Shown piece by piece: positions 26,375 to 32,000 of a stretch of 32,000 nucleotides of DNA. Source of the DNA: Corallococcus macrosporus (GTDB lineage Bacteria > Myxococcota > Myxococcia > Myxococcales > Myxococcaceae). The notes below the pieces were generated by a model. That model saw only the letters and a list, made by a program, of their open reading frames with translations. It did not search any database and was not told where the DNA came from. Numbering within the stretch: the first letter of the stretch is position 1; each line of letters opens with the position of its first letter. The position numbers and the translations under genes were made by a program. The DNA is taken from assembly GCF_017302985.1 (NCBI RefSeq), contig NZ_JAFIMU010000004.1:816869-848868 (forward strand), written 5' to 3'.

Positions 26375-28657
26375 GTGCTGGCGCGTCGGCTCACCCCCCT
26401 GCGGCAGCGCCTGGATGCGCTCCGCCAGCCCGTGGCGGCGCGTGGCGGCGCGTGGTCCTGGCCCTTCGGCCGCAAGCTGAAGGGGCCGGAGGACCTGGGC
26501 CTGCCGGTGCTCGTGGCGCTCGACCGTGAGCTGGACCGCGTGGGCATCCACACCGCCGCGGACGCGCGGCTGCTGCTCGCGCTGGGCACCCAGCGGGGGA
26601 GGGCGGGGGCGCTCGCGCAGGGGCTCGCGGCGCGCGCGAACCAGGCGCTGGAGGAGTACGAGGAGTGCCTGCGTCTGGTCGAGCGGGCGCACCGCTCCGG
26701 GGACATGCCGCCCGGTGCCTTGACGGCGTTGGACCGCGGCTTCGTGCGGCTGGCGCGCGCGGTCAAGGTCGCGGACCTCTTCGGACGTCCGCTGGAAGCG
26801 CAGGGCGGAGACGACGGGCCGTTCGAAATCTTCGAGCGCCCGAGCGAGACGACCCGGGAGCGCCCGCCGGCCAACGCGCGCCTGGCCGTCGCGGAGCTGC
26901 TGGCCGCCCGCGCGCGGGACAACGTCATCGACCTGGTGCAGAAGCGGCGCGACCTGGACCTGGCCCACGAGATGCTGCTGCGCCTGGGCACGACGGACGC
27001 GGACCGCGCGCGGAGCATGGCGCTGCGCAACGACGTGGCGGAGGCCCGTGAGCGGGTGCGTGAAGTGCCGCCCACGCGCTCCCTGGAGGCGCTGGTGCGC
27101 GGCGTGAGGGAGACGGCCCAGAAGGATCCCAGGGGTGCCTACCGTTCGCTGCAGGGCCTCTACGAGCGCGCCATCGAGGCGGGGGACGCGGAGCTGGCCT
27201 CGGCTGCTCGGCGCGCGCTGACGCCGCTGCTTCCCCCGGAGCCCAGGCTGACGCGGATGGTGGAGGAGGCGGAGGCGGGCGCTCGGCTGCAGTGGCTGGG
27301 GGAGGCGGACGCGGAGGCGGACTCCGGACGCGAGACGGAGGACGCGCCGGACGAGCAGCTCGCGGACCTGGCGTTCTCCCTGAAGCCGGAGCAACTGGCC
27401 ACGTTCGACCTGGCGGCGGGGTGCGCCCGTTTCTTCGACGTGGAGGACGCGCTGTCGGAGGAGATCGTCGAGAAGGACGCCGCCGCGGCCCGGGCCGTCC
27501 CGCGCCAGGTGCCCTATCCGACGCAGACGATGTCGTTCGCCACGACGGGGAGCCTGGACGAGGTCCATCAGTTCGTCATCACGGATCCGCGGCGCATCCT
27601 CCAGGACCTCGCGGCGCACCGTCAGCTCGTGCGCACCTACCTTGACGACGCGCCGCCCCCCAAGCCGCGCAAGGTGAAGCGCACCGCCGTGCGCGTCTAC
27701 GTCTGTGACGCCTCCGGCTCCATGCACGGCGCACGGGCTCGCTTCCGTGACGCGCTGATCATCGCGGAGCTGAACAACCTGCGCGTGAAGGCCCGGCGCG
27801 GAGAAAACTTCGACCCGCTCTACTTCAGCTTCTTCAACGACGTGCCCACGGAGCTGGCCCGCGTGGACACCGCCGCGGAGGCGACACGGCAGATCGAAAA
27901 GCTCTTCCGGGACTCGCCCGCGGAGGGGCAGACGGACATCTCGCTGGCCCTGCTGTCCGCGTTCGACTCCATCCGCGCCGCGCAGGGGCGGGACCCGTAC
28001 CTCGCTCGCGCCACGGTGGTGCTCATCACCGACGGCGAGGACCGCGTGGACCTGGACCTCATCCGCCGCACGCGTGCGCCCATGGGCGCCCTGGACATCG
28101 CGCTGAGCTTCATCTCGCTGGGCGAGGAGAACCCGGACCTCAAGTCCCTGGTGCTGGAGCAACGCGCCGCTGGAGGCCGCGCCTTCTACCACCCGCTCTC
28201 CGACGAGGAGATCCGCTGGGCGCGCACGGAGTTCGACACGCCCTGGCGCACGCTGCTGCCGCGCGACGTGCCCGCCTCGCTGGAGGCCCTGGAGGCGCTG
28301 GCCCCGCACCTGGACGCGCTGGAGGCGGTGGCGGCCGGCCGCGCGCCCGGGACGGGGGTGGCCGTGGAGGCGTCCTTCGACGCGCTCTTCCCTGCCACGC
28401 CCCCGGCATCCACCGTGCCGGAGAAGCCCGGCATGGAGCTGGTGGCGCGGGTGACGGACATCCTGGAAGCGGTGGGCGAGGCCGCGTCGCTCGCTCCCGC
28501 GGACCGGCGCGCGACAGAGAGCGTGGTGCTCCTGCAGCACCTGCTGTCCGTCTATGGACTCACGCCCGCGCGCTACCTGGCCGTGCTGTCCGGCGGCGCG
28601 CGTCCGGTGGGCGAGGCACTGGAACGGGTGCGGCTGCTCTGCCGCCCGTTCGGGTAG
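26375..28657 (+). CDS. von Willebrand factor A (VWA) domain protein with a long helical N-terminal region (ViaA-like partner)
   Basis: The MIDAS elements are VYVCDASGSMHG (DxSxS), GQTDIS and VVLITDGED, in the C-terminal third. GTG start 36 nt after the AAA+ stop. Confidence 0.8.
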   Translation: MLARRLTPLRQRLDALRQPVAARGGAWSWPFGRKLKGPEDLGLPVLVALDRELDRVGIHTAADARLLLALGTQRGRAGALAQGLAARANQALEEYEECLRLVERAHRSGDMPPGALTALDRGFVRLARAVKVADLFGRPLEAQGGDDGPFEIFERPSETTRERPPANARLAVAELLAARARDNVIDLVQKRRDLDLAHEMLLRLGTTDADRARSMALRNDVAEARERVREVPPTRSLEALVRGVRETAQKDPRGAYRSLQGLYERAIEAGDAELASAARRALTPLLPPEPRLTRMVEEAEAGARLQWLGEADAEADSGRETEDAPDEQLADLAFSLKPEQLATFDLAAGCARFFDVEDALSEEIVEKDAAAARAVPRQVPYPTQTMSFATTGSLDEVHQFVITDPRRILQDLAAHRQLVRTYLDDAPPPKPRKVKRTAVRVYVCDASGSMHGARARFRDALIIAELNNLRVKARRGENFDPLYFSFFNDVPTELARVDTAAEATRQIEKLFRDSPAEGQTDISLALLSAFDSIRAAQGRDPYLARATVVLITDGEDRVDLDLIRRTRAPMGALDIALSFISLGEENPDLKSLVLEQRAAGGRAFYHPLSDEEIRWARTEFDTPWRTLLPRDVPASLEALEALAPHLDALEAVAAGRAPGTGVAVEASFDALFPATPPASTVPEKPGMELVARVTDILEAVGEAASLAPADRRATESVVLLQHLLSVYGLTPARYLAVLSGGARPVGEALERVRLLCRPFG

Positions 28658-28674
28658 GCTCCAGGGCACGCGCC

Positions 28675-29244
28675 ATGTTCGGCTTCCTCAAACGCAAGAA
28701 GACGCCTCCGGCGCCCGTGGACCCGCTGGCCACGTTCGACCGGCTCATCGAGGACCTGGAGCGCCAGGCGGCCGAGGTGCGCAAGTCCGCCGCCACGCTG
28801 CTGGCCCTCAAGGGCGAGCTCTCCCGAGGCGTGACGCGCTACACGGCCCGCCTGGGCGACATCGCCGGGCGGCGCCAGACGGCGCATGACCGGGGCGACG
28901 CGAAGGGCGTGGGCGTGCTGGAGCGCGACCGCGTGCAGACCGAACGCCTGCTGGAGTCCACGCGCGAGTCGCTGCGGCGCGCGGAGCGGGACTCGGAGCT
29001 GTTGCTCGGCGCGGCCAGCGAGCTGGGCGAGCGCGTGGCGGACCTGCGCATCGAGCGCGAGAGCGCGTCCGCGCGGATGGCCGCGGGCGGCGTCGTCACC
29101 GAGGCGCTGCGCGAGCAGGTGGAGCGCTTCGACCGGGTGATGGCGCTGGAGGCCGCGCGCGACGAGGTGGAGAAGGCGCACGCGCTGGCGGACATCTACC
29201 GCGAGGAGCACCAGCCCCCCGCGACGCCCGAGCGCGTGAAGTAG
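28675..29244 (+). CDS. PspA/IM30-like coiled-coil protein (tentative)
   Basis: 189 aa. The N-terminus MFGFLKRKK...DPLATFDRLIEDLERQAAEVRKSAATLLA and the C-terminal ...ERFDRVMALEAARDEVEKAH resemble PspA in layout. The call rests on pattern similarity only. Confidence 0.5.
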   Translation: MFGFLKRKKTPPAPVDPLATFDRLIEDLERQAAEVRKSAATLLALKGELSRGVTRYTARLGDIAGRRQTAHDRGDAKGVGVLERDRVQTERLLESTRESLRRAERDSELLLGAASELGERVADLRIERESASARMAAGGVVTEALREQVERFDRVMALEAARDEVEKAHALADIYREEHQPPATPERVK

Positions 29245-29254
29245 GGGAGGGTGC

Positions 29255-30136
29255 CTAGTTCCGCCGCGCCGTCTGGTGCAGCTCCAGCACGATGTTGCCG
29301 CCCTTGAGCAGCCGCACCGCGCCCGACGTCTGGCTCACCACGAGCGCGATGCAGTGGGTGGTGGAGGTGATGCCCGCGGCGGCCGCGTGGCGCGCGCCCA
29401 GGCCCAGCGGAATCTTCACCGTGTCGTCGTTGGCGGACAGGTAGCGGCCCGCGGCCAGCACCACGCCGTCCTCGCGGATGACGAACGCACCGTCCAGCAC
29501 GGAGAAGTTCTTGATGGCGTCGCGGATCTTCGGGTCGAGCACGTTGCGCTCGGACTCCGACAGGCCCTGGAACGGGTTGATGGTCAGCTGCCTGCTCTTC
29601 TCCAGCACGGCCGTGTGGTCGCCAATCGTGATGATGGTCCCGATGGGGTGGCCCTCGAAGCCCTCCTGGCCAATCTGCAGCGCCAGTTGGATCAGCGCGT
29701 CCACCACCTGCGAGTTGAACTCCTCGCCCAGCTTCACGCCCTCGATGGCCAGCCGGTCGTCCAGCGACCCGCCGATGCGCATCTGCATCAGCGTGTCCGG
29801 CGCGCGGCCCACCTTGCCCGTCATGCAGAGCACGAGGTCGCCTTCCTTGAACGCGCCCTGGGACAGCGCGGACACGAGCGCCACCTTCACCCGCTCCGTG
29901 CGCGAGTAGTCGTACGCGGGGATGACGAGCGCGCGGACCTTCTTGTGCTGGTGCTCCTGCGCCAGCTTGTCCAGCGTCACCGCGTACACCAGTTTCTTGC
30001 GCGCGGGCTTACCCCGGAGGTCCTCCGGAGGAATCGGCGTGTCGGAGATGTAGAGGAAGTGGTCGACCTCGCTCTTGGCGGCCAGGGAGAGCGCCGAGCG
30101 CAAGAATTCCCGATCGAACTTCGTGTTGTCGCTCAA
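29255..30136 (-). CDS. Diadenylate cyclase (DAC/DisA_N) domain protein with an unrelated soluble N-terminal domain
   Basis: The C-terminal half carries the DAC motifs GHPIGTIITIGD, DGAFVIREDGVVLAAGRYL and LGARHAAAAGITSTTHCIALVVSQTSGAVRLL. No TM segments and no DisA HhH domain are present. Confidence 0.8.
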   Translation of the reverse strand: MSDNTKFDREFLRSALSLAAKSEVDHFLYISDTPIPPEDLRGKPARKKLVYAVTLDKLAQEHQHKKVRALVIPAYDYSRTERVKVALVSALSQGAFKEGDLVLCMTGKVGRAPDTLMQMRIGGSLDDRLAIEGVKLGEEFNSQVVDALIQLALQIGQEGFEGHPIGTIITIGDHTAVLEKSRQLTINPFQGLSESERNVLDPKIRDAIKNFSVLDGAFVIREDGVVLAAGRYLSANDDTVKIPLGLGARHAAAAGITSTTHCIALVVSQTSGAVRLLKGGNIVLELHQTARRN

Positions 30137-30175
30137 GGCGCCCCTCGTGCACCCACGTTTTTAAAGCAGGTCAGC

Positions 30176-30203
30176 TTGACACTGGCAGCTGCCTGAATAA
30201 AGC
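30176..30203 (+). promoter_or_regulatory. Possible sigma-70-type promoter for the DksA/TraR-family gene
   Basis: TTGACA (30176-30181), a 16-nt spacer, then TAAAGC (30198-30203), within the divergent intergenic region. Confidence 0.3.
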
Positions 30204-30262
30204 TTTCGGGCCCTTTTTTTCGGGGTCAGGCCCCCTCTACCCGTCCAACGGAGCCGCAGGCT

Positions 30263-30625
30263 GTGAACCAGAAAGATCTCAAGCGTTACAAGAAGATGCT
30301 CGAGGACAGCAAAGCGAGCCTGCTCGAAAGCGCGAAGAAGACCCTGGTGGAGGAATCGTCCTTCGACACGGACGACCTGCCTGACGAAATCGACCAGGCC
30401 GCCTCTGAGTACACCCAGTCCATGGTCTTCCGTCTGCGCGACCGGGAGAAGTTCCTCCTGCAGAAGATCGACGCCGCGCTCAAGCGCGTGGAGGACGGCA
30501 CCTTCGGCATCTGCGAGCGCTGCGAGGAGGACATCTCCCCCAAGCGTCTGGATGCGCGTCCGGTGACGACGCTCTGCATCCGCTGCAAGGAAGAGCAGGA
30601 GAAGAAGGAGAAGTCCTACGGCTGA
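30263..30625 (+). CDS. DksA/TraR family C4-type zinc-finger protein
   Basis: 120 aa with a coiled-coil N-terminus and CERCEEDISPKRLDARPVTTLCIRCKEEQE (CxxC-N17-CxxC). GTG start with GGAG upstream. Confidence 0.88.
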   Translation: MNQKDLKRYKKMLEDSKASLLESAKKTLVEESSFDTDDLPDEIDQAASEYTQSMVFRLRDREKFLLQKIDAALKRVEDGTFGICERCEEDISPKRLDARPVTTLCIRCKEEQEKKEKSYG

Positions 30626-30691
30626 TGGCCGTTGGCTTCACCGGGCCGCACGGTGCTCCCGTGCGGTCCGCGCTTGCCGCATGCAGTCGCT

Positions 30692-31459
30692 TCAGGCCGC
30701 CGCGGGCTGGATCTCCACCCGCAGCAGCTGACGGCCGATGAGGAAGTGGTCGCCGTTGTCGACGAAGGTCGGCCCCGCCAGCCGGATGAACGTGCCGTTG
30801 GACGAGCCCACGTCGCGCACCATCAGCCGGTCCCCCCTGACCTGTAGCAGCGCATGCCGCCCGGACACGAAGCCGTCCGTGGGGAAGGCGATGTCGCCCT
30901 GCTCACGACCCAGCAGGTTGTCGCCGTCCTTGAGCGGGTAGGCCGCGCCGCGCAGGCCGCCCTCCAGCAGCTGGATGAGCCGCAGCCGGTAGCCCGGATC
31001 CGGCGAGCCCCACACCTGCGTGCCGCCCGGGCCCAGCGCCGCGGCGGGGATGGGCTCCAGCACCAAGCGCTGACGGCCCAGGCGCAGCTCTCCGCCGGCG
31101 GGCAGCTCGCGCTCGTTGCGCAGGCGCACGAAGACGCCGTTGGCGCCTCCCACGTCCTCGATGGCGAGCCGGGCGCCGGAGAAGAAGAAGCGCGCCTGCA
31201 CGGGCATGATGAAGGGGTCGTCGTTGAGCGCGATGTCCGCCTGCTGGCCGCAGGTGAGGGTGTCGCGCTGCATGCGCACGAGCGACTCGGGGCCGCCGTC
31301 CGCCCGCACCACGCGGATGGACACCTGCGGGCGCGACGAGACGTGCGCCACGGCCATCACCATGGTCCCGGAGCGGAGCGCCGAGCCACAAGCTCGGCAC
31401 ACAGTGGCATCCCGGGAATTCTCGGTGTCACAGCGGGGGCAATATTCCACGGCGTCCAT
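30692..31459 (-). CDS. Zinc-ribbon plus double FHA domain protein
   Basis: The N-terminus is MDAVEYCPRCDTENSRDATVCRACGSAL. The first FHA domain is degenerate (...IEDVGGANGVFVRL). The second is canonical (LLGREQGDIAFPTDGFVSGRHALLQVRGDRLMVRDVGSSNGTFIRL). ATG at 31459 is preferred. Confidence 0.85.
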   Translation of the reverse strand: MDAVEYCPRCDTENSRDATVCRACGSALRSGTMVMAVAHVSSRPQVSIRVVRADGGPESLVRMQRDTLTCGQQADIALNDDPFIMPVQARFFFSGARLAIEDVGGANGVFVRLRNERELPAGGELRLGRQRLVLEPIPAAALGPGGTQVWGSPDPGYRLRLIQLLEGGLRGAAYPLKDGDNLLGREQGDIAFPTDGFVSGRHALLQVRGDRLMVRDVGSSNGTFIRLAGPTFVDNGDHFLIGRQLLRVEIQPAAA

Positions 31460-31571
31460 GCGAGCTTCCCTTCTAGCAGGCCCGCGCCGCGTTGGGGGGC
31501 CCGACAGCGCACGGCTTGCTCCCCACCCGAGGGGCATGGTGAAGTCCCGGCCCCACTGACTGGACGCTGAC

Positions 31572-32000
31572 GTGTACTGCCCTTCCTGCGGCGCTGACGC
31601 CGAAGACTCTTCCCGCTACTGCCCTGCCTGCGGCGCGACGCTCCTGCGCTCGGCCGAGGGCGGCGACGAATACGTGGGCAAGACGATTGCCTCCAAGTAC
31701 CGGGTGGAGGCCCTCATCGGCGAAGGCGGCATGGGCAAGGTGTACCGCGCCCGTCAGCTCGCGCTGGACAAGGTGGTGGTGCTGAAGGTGCTGCGCCACA
31801 CGCTGCTGTCCGACGAGCGCACTGTCGCGCGCTTCCAGCGCGAGGCCAAGGCGGCCAGCCGCCTCAACCACCCCAACTCCATCAGCGTGCTGGACTTCGG
31901 CCAGGCCGACGACGGCGCGCTCTTCATCGCGATGGAGTACGTGGCCGGGCAGGACCTGCATCAGATCCTCAGCCGCGAGTGGCCGCTGGGCGAGGCGCGC
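31572..32000 (+). CDS. Ser/Thr protein kinase with an N-terminal zinc ribbon, 5' part (runs off the right edge)
   Basis: Hand translation from GTG 31572 gives VYCPSCGADAEDSSRYCPACGATLL...YRVEALIGEGGMGKVYRARQLALDKVVVLKVL...FIAMEYVAGQDL. An in-frame TGA at 31557 limits the start. Not in the ORF track because the frame is open-ended. Confidence 0.85.
   Translation, partial: MYCPSCGADAEDSSRYCPACGATLLRSAEGGDEYVGKTIASKYRVEALIGEGGMGKVYRARQLALDKVVVLKVLRHTLLSDERTVARFQREAKAASRLNHPNSISVLDFGQADDGALFIAMEYVAGQDLHQILSREWPLGEAR

Noticed and set aside
30204-30235. A hairpin gggcc...ggccc with an internal T7 run between the DAC gene and the DksA-family gene, considered as a terminator.
   Set aside because: The stem is only 5 bp with an ~18-nt loop. 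It lies in a divergent promoter region where no upstream gene needs terminating.

Overview
This is a very GC-rich bacterial window. Composition, the many Ser/Thr kinases with FHA partners, and ECF sigma and response-regulator genes suggest Myxococcota, but that is inference only. About 32 genes can be supported. The right two-thirds is mostly core or housekeeping: tRNA-Glu and tRNA-Lys, a GreA/B-type factor, PIN-PhoH, DUF493, a methyltransferase, a lipid kinase, DnaK, a DAC-domain cyclase, DksA/TraR, and an FHA/kinase pair. It also holds a DCC / RavA-like AAA+ / VWA / PspA-like gene string. The left 11.5 kb, all on the minus strand, is the most unusual part. It carries two paralogous four-gene cassettes in the same order: (1) a tandem ferredoxin-like alpha+beta-barrel protein, (2) a basic protein carrying one or two copies of a ~65-70 aa module that ends in G-x-x-C-x-x-x-NLASL, (3) a stand-alone YcaO, and (4) a TfuA-like protein. 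Start and stop codons overlap between genes 2, 3 and 4. The cassettes are separated by an NmrA-like reductase and a kinase-AAA-TPR signalling protein. YcaO plus TfuA is the established backbone-thioamidation pair, so I read the module proteins as unusually large, multi-core substrates. No protease, exporter or immunity gene is visible. Whether this cassette is already described cannot be judged without database searches. No CRISPR array, transposase or integrase was seen.
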